Part shown: positions 13,574-27,200 of the stretch, piece by piece | How positions within the stretch are numbered: the stretch's first letter is position 1 | How the letters are laid out: every line of letters begins with the position of its first letter | NCBI RefSeq assembly: GCF_031769215.1 | Contig: NW_026782182.1 | Span: 310,001 to 374,000 of the forward strand | Reading direction: 5' to 3' | From: Ylistrum balloti | Lineage: Eukaryota | Length of the DNA: 64,000 nucleotides | Position numbers and translations under genes: made by a program | Notes under the pieces: model-generated | What the model was told of the DNA's origin: nothing | The model's database searches: none | What the model saw: the letters and a program-made list of their open reading frames with translations, nothing else

Positions 13574-15179
13574 ATAATAATCAATATCCGAATCAATAAT
13601 CAATACACGAACTAATTACTTTATTTAACGGATTTTACGTGTATCATTACAGCCTTTCAGTGGATGAGAACTAATAAATTCAACGATAAAATCTTTATAT
13701 ACTTCTCTCATTTACATTGTAATACACTCGTTAGATACGGTGTAAACATATAAATAGCAACATTGGGTAAAATTCATGTCACATGTTTAATGCCAATATT
13801 AGCACAGGGCTGTTCTGATGTCAAATTAATTTTTTATCTCAAGATGTTTAAAGATTAATATAACGAGAAATAATGGTATGTGTAAAATCATGATATGTGC
13901 TGTCACAATCAGTTCAGTAATAAAGGTAGGTGTACTACATGTAGGTAGTCAGCATATCATCGTCCTACAATGTTTGACTAGTACCTGTGTCCCGAAATTA
14001 CCGTTAGTCATTGTCACATGTCCCGAAATAAACTCTATATTTATCGATATTTTTATTTCAAGAAATAATGCAAGTTAAGACAATAAATAATGAAATACAC
14101 AGCAGACCTTTACCTTCATATGTGTGATTCTTTCTTCTTTATTTCGAAATATATTCACTTCCCTAGCTTGCTTATTAAACGTTATTTCTATATCCATATT
14201 CCCTCCCTTTTCATTTTTTCCCTACAGAAGCTAAAATTCTAGCAAATATTTAAAAATGGAAACGGATGGGTATCACGAAGTTAAACTCGTCTTGTCCGAA
14301 CAAGAGATGTGGATTAACAGTTGATTTTCAGGTTGTATACGTACCGTGTGTATGATAAAGAATATGAAAAAGCATGATTGAAGTAAAAAGGGAAAGAAAA
14401 TATCTGTTGATTATGATGTAAAAAAAGAACATATTTATTTGTTTGTTCATGAAATGTCAGCAAACTTTTTGTTTTGTTTTTATTTCTAGCAATTTCCGTT
14501 GAGCTTCAGTCTGTTTGATTGTTTCGTACATGCCATCACTTATTTCTATGTGTCCTGCAAAAATGTCATAAAGGAATGAATGCATGATAAATTTTCCCTT
14601 TCTTATTCTAGATTTACCGAAAAAACGAATTTCAAAGTCCGTGTCAAGCCACATCTGTTTCTTTATGAATTAAATAAGGTTAAGCTGTCGAACAGAAACT
14701 ACCAATATATACCATTTCCCCCTTTATTTCCTCCAGAAATGATGTTTATAAATAGAAAGGCATACTTAGCATACAAAGTTACTTTAGATGTTGAAATTAC
14801 ATTTCAGAATTAATAGTTATTAATTGGTTAACGCTGTTTGAGCATTTCATACAAAAAATCATAAATTTGCTAATTTGAAATGTTCTACATCTTCATTAGA
14901 CATATCATAGTTTAATACACTTCCTAATAAGGTATTAGGCTATGATCAGTACAAAAAGCTAAGCTAAGCCATGTAATTCTCTCGCGTTGTTGAAGTACGT
15001 TATGGCCCAAACCGGCCACCATACTTTTAAATCTACCTGTATGACACCCAACACTCTTGTAGTCGTCGTCTGCATGCAGACAGATCCCCTTCAGTGACCT
15101 ATTTGCTATGTGTCAATACACGATACAAGTATAGGTGAATGGCTTGGCTATTGCAAAATTCTCCCCAAGAGTGGTCAAC

Positions 15180-15188
15180 GGGGCGTGG
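15180..15188 (+). promoter_or_regulatory. GC-box (Sp/KLF-type GGGGCGTGG) about 70 nt upstream of the predicted stomatin start codon
   Basis: Motif match and position only; no transcript evidence. Confidence 0.25.
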
Positions 15189-15254
15189 AGTGCTGGGTAT
15201 ACCTATGTGTAGTCTTTAGATTTCAGGTAGGATACGGGGTAACGCTCGCTAGCA

Positions 15255-15282
15255 ATGTCGAGAATTGGAGCCATGGATGACG
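15255..15282 (+). CDS. Stomatin-like gene coding exon 1 (MSRIGAMDD, phase-1 end)
   Basis: GCAATG start context; perfect donor G|GTAAGT; phase matches exon 2. The least certain exon because it is short and not conserved. Confidence 0.6.
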
Positions 15283-18200
15283 GTAAGTGTCGCTCATACG
15301 AGCAACCCTTGTGAATTTATCAACAGTATATAAAAGCGATAAAATGATGGTTGCTAATCACAAAGAATACCGATAATACACGATGTAGCAGTGAAATATG
15401 TATATAAAGTGATAAACATCTATGGGACGTATATTGTATGTGCAATGTAAATGTCAACACGGAAAGTAACTTGTCCGGTGGGTATCACAAACTGTCTTAG
15501 TAGAAACGTAACGTAGACTTCTCGTATCGAATGGTTTTACCCATTTTGTAAAATGTCCTAATCATAGATTTATACCTTTATGTACCGTCAGATGACATTG
15601 TTAACATAATCTGCTTACGATTAATACGTACATTAGAACTGTGTTTCTGTTGATGCATGCCTCTAACGGACTCCAACGTTTATGTAGAGGGTTAGTATAC
15701 CACTGTTTCTTACTACATACCACTAATTTGTTTAAGGATGCAATATATGCACAAGGTCTGTAAGATATAAAAATCATTTACCGACTACAAACGAGGTATC
15801 TATCAAACAGGTCTGTCAACAAGCTAATGCCATCTTTAATTATGCATTTCTTTATTTCATCAATAAGATGTGCTTCCTTTTCCATAATGTAACACCCTTC
15901 TCATCAATAAAATCTGCTATCATACTTTCCATTACACTGTATGGAACATCCCTCCTCCTACCCTCATCCCCAGCATCAATAAGCTCTGCTTTCATCCTTC
16001 TATAATATAACTCCCTCCCCATCAATAAGATCTTCCACCATCCTATCTATAATATAACTCCCTCCCCATCAATAAGATCTTCCACCATCCTGTCTATAAC
16101 ATAACTCCCTCCCCCATCAATAAGATCTTCCACCATCCTGTCTATAATGTAACTCCCTCCCCCCATCAGTAAGATCTTCCACCATCCTGTCTATAATGTA
16201 ACTCCCTCCCCCCATCAATAAGATCTTCCACCATCCTGTCTATAATATAACTCCCTCCCCTTCCCCATCAATAAGATCTTCCACCATCCTGTCTATAATA
16301 TAACTCCCTCCCCATCAATAAGATCTTCCACCATCCTGTCTATAATATAACTCCCTCCCCATCAATAAGATCTTCCACCATCCTATCTATAATATAACTC
16401 CCTCCCCTATCAATAAGATCTTCCACCATCCTGTCTATGACTCCCTCCCCCATCAATAAGATCATTTGATATAACTTCCTCCCCATCAATAAGATCTTCC
16501 ACCATCCTATCTATAATATAACTCCCTCCCCATCAATAAGATCTTCCACCATCCTATCTATAATATAACTCACTCCCCCATCAATAAGATCTTCCACCAT
16601 CCTGTCTATAATATAACTCCCTCCCCCATCAATAAGATCTTCCACCATCCTATCTATAATATAACTCCCTCCCCTATCAATAAGATCTTCCACCATCCTG
16701 TCTATAATATAATTCCCTCCCCATCAATAAGATCTTCCACCATCCTATCTATAATATAACTCCCTCCCCATCAATAAGATCTTCCACCATCCTGTAACTC
16801 CCTCCCCCATCAATAAGATCTTCCACCATCCTGTCTATAATATAACTCCCTCCCCATCAATAAGATCTTCCACCATCCTATCTATAATATAACTCCCTCC
16901 CCCATCAATAAGATCTTCCACCATCCTGTCTATAATATAACTCCCTCCCCATCAATAAGATCTTCCACCATCCTGTCTATAATGTAACTCCCTCTTCCAC
17001 CATCCTGTCTATGACTCCCTCCCCCATCAATAAGATCTTCCACCATCCTGTCTATAATATAACTCCCTCCCCCCATCAATGATCTTCCCCCATCAATAAG
17101 ACCATCCTATATGTAACTCCCTCCCCCATCAATAAGATCTTCCACCATCCTGTCTATAATATAACTCCCTCCCCCATCAATAAGATCTTCCACCATCCTG
17201 TCTATAATGTAACTCCCTCCCCCATCAATAAGATCTTCCACCATCCTGTCTATAATATACCTCCCTCCCCCCATCAATAAGATCTTCCACCATCCTCAAT
17301 AACATCTATAATATAACATCCCCCCCCATCAATAAGATCTTCCACCATCCTGCCTATAATATAACTCCCTCCCCAATCAGTAAGATCTTCCACCAAGATC
17401 TTCCCCCCACCATCATGTAACTCCCCCTCCCAAATCAGTAAGATCTTCCACCATCCTGTCTATAATATAACTCCCTCCCCCATCAGTAAGATCTTCCATC
17501 ACCCTTTCTATAATGTAGCTCCCTCCCCCATCAATAAGATCTTCCACCATCCTGTCTATAATATAATTCCCTCCCCCCCATCAATAAGATCTGCTGTCAT
17601 TCGTCCTATAAGGTTACTCCTCCACCTTTATAAGCTGGGATATTTAACCTTAATTGTGTATGCTATATGGTGTCTCTTGATAAGCCCAGTAGTCCATTCA
17701 CATGCCGTTCATTATGCTATAGTAATCTGTTGTCTCTCTTGGCGTATTCAAGTTGTTAAAATGTATTTATTCTTATTTCTAATTAAACAGTATGTTATAT
17801 ACATCAATGTATATCAGATAATGAGTCACATGTCATGCAGGCTTACAGTACTTGTCTTTACTTACTCTGTTTGTGCATGTATGTGTGTTAGTAAATTGTA
17901 CAGTGTATATGTAATGTTTTCAAAAGTGGAGAATGCATGTATTCAAAAAATTTGCATGAAACTATGTATACTTACGAGTCCTGTAAATTTTCATACATAA
18001 ACCTAGACTATCTGTTCTCCCTTGATCTAATCTTAACTGACTTACCACAGAAATCAGTTATCTGTTTTCATGTATACTTTGTTTCACAAATTGCTTATTT
18101 AGGTTTCATTTGCAAATTTAAGCTTGAATCTACATCCCAGAGTATGGTTACATTTAATTGTTACTTGTGAATGTGTTATTGATGAGTTACATTCCAGAGT

Positions 18201-21200
18201 ATGGTAACATCTAATTGTTACTTGTGAATGTGTTATTGATGAGTTACATTCCAGAGTATAGTAACTTTTAATTGTTACTTGTGAATGTGTTATTGATGAG
18301 TGACATTCCATAGATAGGCTCCCTCTTCATTTAATTGGAAGTTTATTTGTTGTGTTTATCACCTCATGAACAGCCAGGGTCAGTAATGTGAAGAACAATA
18401 ACTCTTAAAGCAGAATTTACAGTATTTCCTTCTTCAGAATGATAGTTACCTTTGACATTTCATTAAATACTTTTAGAAAATGACCTTTGACATCACCTTC
18501 AGTGATGACTTTTGCCATGACCTTGACCTATGATGTTTTACCTTGTCTTGGCAATGATCTTGGAATGTACATTTTAGAACATGATTGACATATTAGAGAA
18601 ATTTGACGGGTAGAAACTTCTCTGATAAATGAAAGAATGAAGTAAAATACCATCATAGATGATACCTGCATTCTAGTTTCCTAAAAATTTGTTGAAGTTT
18701 TTGTTGTGAAACCTTAGACATTGCAATCTGCTCCACAAAGAGAACATAAGGAGGTTGTAAGTGATGCAGAGGAGGATAGCTTACACATCTACTAAATATT
18801 AGTTGTCATGCTAGGAAGGATTGATCACATGGCAGGCAGTATGGCATATCAGTTCCTGAATTGGATTTAGAAAAATATTCTCGCCTCATGCATAATCATT
18901 GTTTGTTACTGTCTGCAGGCAGACTGACAACAAACTCAATGGAACAAGTATTTTTATCATTGTCACCATGTGCATGATTGTAGGACAAATAAACAAAGCC
19001 TGTGAAATATATCCTGCTACAATTTTCAGTTGATATTTTTATGGTTGTACAACAATAATATGTGTATGTATATAGAATCAGTTATTATTTGTGCTGTAGC
19101 TTTCATTTGTCGTTGCAATGATACCAGTCTAGTTTGTTGTGATTGTTTTCTTGAAATCTATTATGTCTGGAGAGCGTTGTCTTGTTTCATCAGTTTTTGT
19201 TATGTTTACTCTCAAAGGAAAATATTGTCTTACCTGATGGTAGAATGGGATAGAAATGGAATACCAGTTAAATCTTCGAAATCTAAGCAGTATACCAATC
19301 AACATATGTCAAGGTCTGTTTTATTCCCGGAAGGAATGCATTGTAACTGAAATCTGACACCAGTGACACCTGAAAAGCATTCTATGATATAGAATATATA
19401 TTTGTATATATTCTACAATAAGGAAAACCAAAATGACAGCAATTATCACAGGAGGTTAAGGAAATAAAGAAAGTGGTTACTTCTATCAGGATTAGGTCAT
19501 AAACAAGAGTTCTCTGGGTGTGCCAGGGTGTGGAATAGAGTCTCTGCTACCTCTAGATTGGTCTTTCCAGGATTTTTCTGTTTTGATTTTTCACTTTTTC
19601 ATCTCGCTCTAGATATTATTGTGAGGAGGCTTTTTATTTTGTTTCTGTTTTGTTTTGTATTTGTCTGCTTTTTATATTTAAATGTCCAAATGAAAGCATT
19701 TGAATGACATTTCAGACAACCTGACGTTATAGTTATTATTCATTTTTTCAAAATAATCTTATTTACTGAAGTTCTTCAGTTGTAGGGGTTAAAGGAAATT
19801 AATTCACTTCTTTGTGGATGAGGAAAATGAAAATGAAATGTAAATCTTTGTGGTAAGAGGGACAAATTTTTAACGAAGGTTTATCCGTCTTGACCTGAAA
19901 CAGATTTTTTTAGGAAAAGCATATTCCAAGTTGCATAAAAATTATCCACATATATTCAGATGAAAGGATATTGGTCGACAATAACGGTCAATCGCAGAAT
20001 CCTTACACACCTGAGCAGACAACACACTGGCCACCTAAGGAACCAGTCGATGCACCAACCTATCGCTCCATAGAAATGCAGCAGTCTACCTCGTACCAGG
20101 CAAAGCCTTTTGACGAAAGTAAGATTTCAGTAGACGATTTCCTGAAATTTAGAATATCATCCCTTTTCACTTCACTGGTTAGTTGCCTCATTTTGCACTT
20201 GATTGTTATGGAATATATAAGCCCACCATCTGATGATGGTTAGCTATTCAAATTGCCCTGGGTCCGCAGTCTGTCATCTGTCCATCCAAAAACAGTATTT
20301 GTTATCACTATTTCTTAAAAAAAGCACTCAATGGATCACTCTCAAATTTCATATGTGTGTTTCCTTTGGGCTCTAGTTGTGCCCATGTAATTTTGGGACT
20401 GATCAGACAAACAAGATGGTCGACAGATGACCATCTTGGATTTTGACTTTGAAAATTGTCATCGCTATTTTTTGAGAAGTACTGGATGCATCTTTCAGAA
20501 ATTTCATATGTAGGTTTCTCTTTTTGCCTAGTTGTGCCTATTCAATATTGGGACTTATCAGAAAAACAAAATGGCCAACAGGCAGCCATCTTGGATTTTG
20601 TCGAGTAAAGATTGTTAGCCCTATTTCCTAAGAAGTACTGAAAAGATATCTGTCAAATTTCCTTCTTATGTTCCCTTTGTTCTCTCCTTGAACCGATTTG
20701 ATTTTGGGATTGATCAGAAGAAACAAAATGTCTTCAAGGTTGCCATTTTGGATTCGGCAGGTTAAGATTATCATCACTATTTCTGTAAAGGAATGTTCAA
20801 ATGTCTTATCATTAAGAGCAAAAACAGAAAAGAGAAGAAAAAAGAAGGGAAAAGAGCTAACTTTCAAAGAGCAAATAAAGATCAAACAATGGAAGGATCT
20901 CTCTGGGATCTCGTTTGACATTAAGCATGCCTGTTGAAGGAAAGGTCAAATTTCACTTTGTAAAAATGCCAACAAGCGAATTATAAATTTGATCTCTTTG
21001 TTCTGCAGTAAACCTGCCTGTCAAGAAAGGTCTCTGAGTCTGAATTGTTGACCCCTAAAACCTATTAACAGAATTAATCATATATTTATTATTTCCCTTT
21101 CAAGATGTTTCCATTTCTTGATGCTTCACTAATTAAGTGTTATCTTCAGACTGTGTGATTTATGATAGGAAAGTTCAGGTGTCCTTATTGCTTGTTAGGT

Positions 21201-24200
21201 TTTGCCAATTACAACATTTTGATTGTAACTGTAGGGTGAGGAACAAGCTATCATTAAAAATCTCCTTTGGCTTTTGAACATGATCTCTGCTCTTATCGTA
21301 TTTTTGTGTGTACATGTAAAATGCCTGATGTGAGTTTATTAATCTGAGAATAATGTGTGCTTGCCTTAAAATAAACTTAACATTTCATTAGCAGGCATTT
21401 AATATTACCATGGGCCATAACACAAAAAAACCTGTACATATTGACCTCATTACCATGGTAACCAGTTTCGTTGAAATGGGTTCACATGTTTAGGCAGAAA
21501 GACAAACAAGCTGATTCCAGAATACTCCCCCCACCACTAACTTAGTTCAGTAAGAAACAGCAATCTATAATTGGTATTATGATACTGGTGATATCACATC
21601 AGTATGGACTGTGCAATTTTTTCCTCCCCGGAGAATTTGGTTGCTTTTTTAACAAGGTCACTGTAACAAGTGAGTGGCTGGTTTCAGACAATCATTTGTT
21701 TGCCAATACAAAAGTAAATATGCTGTACTTAATGAGGAATCATACCAGCCTTTAAAACGGTTCAGTGTTATTATCGATTTCCTACTCAGTGGTTCTGAAA
21801 TCAATGGTCAGGTTATAATGTACCTGGTGATATAGTTTGACATTGTTAGATCTATCCTTAGCAACAATGGCCGACAACAACAGGTCTATTAAACATACAG
21901 ATTGTGCATACCAATGCTTTCTTTGTATCTGTATTGATGTCACTGTAATGCTACCAGTGGTGACATAGCTGGTAAATTGTAGCCATCATGGTGTCCATTT
22001 CTGTAATGACCGACAAACAGCCATATTACTGTTTTCCTCTGAAGATACTTTAACTGATTAAACTGTACTATTTTGTAATTAGTGTTTTCCAGACATTCCT
22101 ATTTGCTTGTGCTTGAATTTTCTGTAGACTTAAAATGAATAAGGCACTGAAACCGAGGTTTATGGTATCTATTTTTAGAAACAAACGTGACCAATGTTGC
22201 TATAGACAAAAAAAAAATCGTACAACTACTTGATTTAACCATTGTTGAGATATGAGTATATTTTATGTTGAAAGACACAAACCTGACTGAGTTTGATGTT
22301 GAGAGAAACAAACCTGACTGAGTTTGATGTTGAGAGAAACAAACCTTACTGTGTTTGATGCTGGGAGAAACAAGCCTGACTGAGTTTGATGTTGAGAGAA
22401 ACATACCTGACTGAATTTAATGTTGAGAGAAACAAGCCTGACTGAATTTAATGTTGGGAGAAACATACCTGACTGAATTTGATGCAGAAAGAAACAAACC
22501 TGACTGAGTTTGATGCTGGGAGCAACAAACCTGACTGAGTTTGATGCTGAGAGAAACCAACCTGACTGAGTTTGATGTTGAGAGAAACAAACCTTACTGT
22601 GTTTGATGCTGGGAGAAACAATCCTGACTGAGTTTGATGTTGAGAGAAACAAGCCTGACTGAATTTAATGCTGAGAGAAACAATCCTGACTTAGTTTGGC
22701 ACTGGGAGCAACAAACCTGACTGAGTTTGATGCTGGGAGAAACAAACCTGACTGAGTTTGATGTTGAGAGAAACATACCTGACTGAATTTAATGCTGAGA
22801 GAAACAATCCTGACTGAGTTTGATGTTGAGAGAAACAATCCTGACTGAATTTAATGCTGAGAGAAACAATCCTGACTGAGTTTGATGTTGAGAGAAACAT
22901 ACCTGACTGAATTTAATGCTGAGAGAAACAAGCCTGACTGAGTTTGATGTTGAGAGAAACATACCTGACTGAATTTAATGCTGAGAGAAACAATCCTGAC
23001 TGAGTTTGATGTTGAGAAAAACAAACCTGACTGAGTTTGATGCTGGGAGCAACAAACCTGACTGAGTTTGATGCTGGGAGCAACAAACCTGACTGAGTTT
23101 GATGTTGAGAGAAACAAACCTTACTGTGTTTGATGCTGGGAGAAACAATCCTGACTGAGTTTGATGTTGAGAGAAACAAACCTGACTGAATTTAATGCTG
23201 AGAGAAACAATCCTGACTGAATTTAATGCTGAGAGAAACAATCCTGACTGAGTTTGATGTTGAGAGAAACAATCCTGACTGAATTTAATGCTGAGAGAAA
23301 CAATCCTGACTGAGTTTGATGTTGAGAGAAACATACCTGACTGAATTTAATGCTGAGAGAAACAAGCCTGACTGAGTTTGATGTTGAGAGAAACATACCT
23401 GACTGAATTTAATGCTGAGAGAAACAATCCTGACTGAGTTTGATGTTGAGAGAAACAAACCTGACTGAGTTTGATGCTGGGAGAAACAAACCTGACTGAG
23501 TTTGATATTGTGAGAAACAAACCTGACTGAGTTTGATGCTAAGAGAAGCAAACCTGACTGAGTTTGATGCTGGGAGCAACAAACCTGACTGAGTTTGATG
23601 CTGAGAGAAACATACCTGACTGAGTTTGATGCTGGGAGCAACAAACCTGACTGAGTTTGATGCTGGGAGCAACAAACCTGACTGAGTTTGATGCTGTGAG
23701 CAACAAACCTGACTGAGTTTGATGCTGGGAACAACAAAATCCTAACTGAGGGAGACGGAATTGGCTATGATTGTATTGAGATATGTTAATTTATGCGATT
23801 TAGATAAAGCAGGTGTGTGAGAAGGATATGTTAATCAGTGGTGCGTTTCTAAATTCAGGTTCCTGGCTCGACAATGACATTTATCAGTGTTTATAATGCA
23901 ATTAACTTCTGATCTGAAAATCTTCATTGTTTCTATTGTTGTGGCACCTGAAAAATGTCAGGGGTGCTGAATTCACAACTACTAGGTGGACACTAAAAAA
24001 TCTTACCCTGTCAGATTTTGACAGCAGCTAGAGAGCTTAGCTTGACAAGATGTTTTGTTTGGTTTATCACTTTTCTTGAAAATCACGGGTAATGTTGAAA
24101 TTAGGTCACCTTGTAGTAGCTGATGACAACGTGAATGATAAACCGCAAACCGATACACTGCTATCTCAACTGTTAACAGCTAACCAGTTCACTGATATCT

Positions 24201-27200
24201 CAACTCTTAACAGCTAAACAGTTCACTGATATCTCAACTCTTAACAGCTGACCAGTTCACTGATATCTCAACTCTTAACAGCTAACCAGTTCACTGATAT
24301 CTCAACTCTTAACAGCTAACCAGTTCACTGCTATCTCAACTCTTTAACAGCTAACCAATTAACTCTTATGTTAGCTCTTTACCACTATGCAGTACATTGC
24401 TGTGTGTGACCAATTCACTGTTATGTCAACTCTTTACTGCTAATCACTACACTCCTACATGTACATCAATTCTAAACAATCATCGTAATGATCTCATTGG
24501 GAAATACCGTCTTTCCTGTTGCCATATAAAGTCGGATGTAGACTTACTAGTATATCCGTTTGTTCTGTTGTTTTTTAACCATATTCTTATTATTTAGAAA
24601 TATAACATTACTTAATTGGATTGACTAAGATTTATGTAGTGAATGTCGTCTATGAAGTAGAAGACAATTTTTATTTCAGAACACATGGTCTTATTCTTCT
24701 TGTACAGTTTTTTAACATATTGCCCATGTTTTATTGAATTTGAGTTTGGATTATGATTCTGTTGACATCTTTTTGTTTTTTAACATCTAACAAATTGACT
24801 GCTATCTCATCTCCAAGCCACTAACCAAATTCTGAGTATATTCACTGACTAAACACACTTGCTGTTAAATTCACCAAATTGATGTCTTAATTTTTCATCC
24901 ACATTATCTGTTGGTTCACTTTAAAGGAATTAGAGTATTTGTTGAAAGGTAGTATTGTCACGTGTAAGAGAGTATTTGTTTGTAATGCTTTTTCCTTGTC
25001 CTGACTACAAGTTATATAATGTCATGTCCTGCATAAGGTATCAGGTATATACACATTTTCAATAGGTTATGAATGATAAATAAAACAGGGCACTATTACA
25101 TAAACTGCTATTTTCATGCACTTGAACAAAGATGGACCGTTTAATTTATCCTGAATTAAGTGAATTGTATTTTGAAAAGATAACATACTAAAAGAAAACA
25201 AAAACTGAAAAATACATCCCACAATAATTCTATCTTAAATTTTCATTAGAAGATTTTATGATTTATTTCGATATATTTTCAATTTCTTTGGTCTTGCATT
25301 GTATTTAGCCCTATTTCTTTAATCAGAATCAATAAACATCCATTTTATTAAATCACACTTTTTATTTGGCTTAAATCCTTCAAAAAAGGGTAGGAACATG
25401 TGTATTTTTCTAGAAACTTTGATAGTCTGATATAGTATTGATTTGTACTTTATTAGCCTGAATAACCAGATACCACTTTTATGGGATACCACTTCTATGG
25501 GATACCCTTCTATGGGAAACCCCTTTTTTGGGATATCCCACCTAAGGGATACCCGTTCTATGGGATATCCCTTCTTTGGGATACCCCTTCTATGGGATAC
25601 ACCTTTTTTGGGATATCCCACCTAAGGGATACCCCTTCTATGGGATACCCCTTCTTTGGAATACCCCTTCTGTGGGATACCCCTTCTTTAGAACTGGCAA
25701 CACTTGTCAAACTTATTTATGTATATATTATTGTTTACAGGCAAACAACGGAACACTTATGCTTACAATGAAGAAGAGGCTTCCCTGGGATGTTGTGGAT
25801 GTATCCTGTGGGGATTTTCTATTTTCTTATTCGTAATATTCCTACCTTTCTCCCTCTGCATCTGTATGAGCGTGAGTACCGGTTATTGTGTATTCTCATT
25901 GTTAATTTTGATAAAGATAAATCTCATTTCTTTTACATTTTGATAGTGCTCTGATTGTCTGTGTAGTCTCAAACAAAAACCAGCTGACATTTATACCTTA
26001 ACATAAAAAATTCTGACACTGTGTAGTCTCAAAAAACAGATGACATTTATACTTTAACATAACAAATTCTGACACTGTGTAGTCTCAAAAAACAGCTGAC
26101 ATTTATACCTTAACATAAAAAATTCTGACACTGTGTAGTCTCAAAAAACAGCTGACATTTATACCTTAACATAACAAATTCTGACACTGTGTAGTCTCAA
26201 AAAACAGCTGACATTTATACCTTAACATAACAAATTCTGACACTGTGTAGTCTCAAAAAAAAACCCAGCTGACATTTATACCTTAACATAACAAATTCTG
26301 ACACTGTGTAGTCTCAAAAAACAGCTGACATTTATACCTTAACATAAAAAATTCTTACAATTGAAATGTCTGTTTTTACAAAACATTGATGTTACTCTGC
26401 TTGTTTCATATGGAAATATAGTTCTAGACATTAAGGCATAGAAAGGATTTTTTTAAAACTTTTCCAAAAGCAAATTGTTTAAACAGTTATTCATATCTTA
26501 AATATGATATTTGTGTAAGTTACTGCACTTGCTAATTTTTTTTCCATTATTGCCAGAAAAGGCTAATAATACAAGCAACATTTGCAGGATTAATGGAAAC
26601 AATGTATTTCTCAGTTCCATATTTATACAGCCCCTTTGTATATCTGTAAGGAAATATCACTGTGTTTTGAGATATATTTATATAATTCTCATGTATATCT
26701 ATAAGGAAATAAACAGCACATTTTTTACTTGCTTTCCAATGAATACAAGTATTTATTAAATGTGGAAGGTGATATTCTTTAGACTGGAGGAAAGTATTAC
26801 CTGGTCAGTAAACCCTAGTATGCACCTGAAAACAAGTCTACAATAGTTTTCGTTTTTTTTAATATGACAACAAATTGTACATCTGATTGGTAAAAAATTA
26901 CTGGATTGTTATATTCACCTGTGAGATGCCTGATGGAGATTTGGACGGATATGTTCACCATACATATACAGATTCTTGCCGCCGGTTTCTGTGTAACATC
27001 AAAATATAATTAGGTCTATGAGAGGTCTTTTGTCATATTCTGTTTTCCTGTGCTACAGGCCGTTTACACTTCTGCTTTAGAATCTTAATAAATTGCCAGA
27101 TCTGGATTATTCAGAGAAGATTCTTATGTAAATCTGTTTTGATTATGAACTCGTTTGACCGTTTATGAAATCTGGAGATGACAACAAATTGATGTCATTA

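Noticed and set aside
18829-18845. Alternative first exon ATGGCAGGCA|GTATGG (phase 1)
   Set aside because: Phase-compatible with exon 2, but the donor and context are weaker than at 15255-15282 and such short matches arise by chance
22099-23737. Minus-strand MFLSTSNSVR ORFs
   Set aside because: 31-bp repeat translations, antisense inside intron 2
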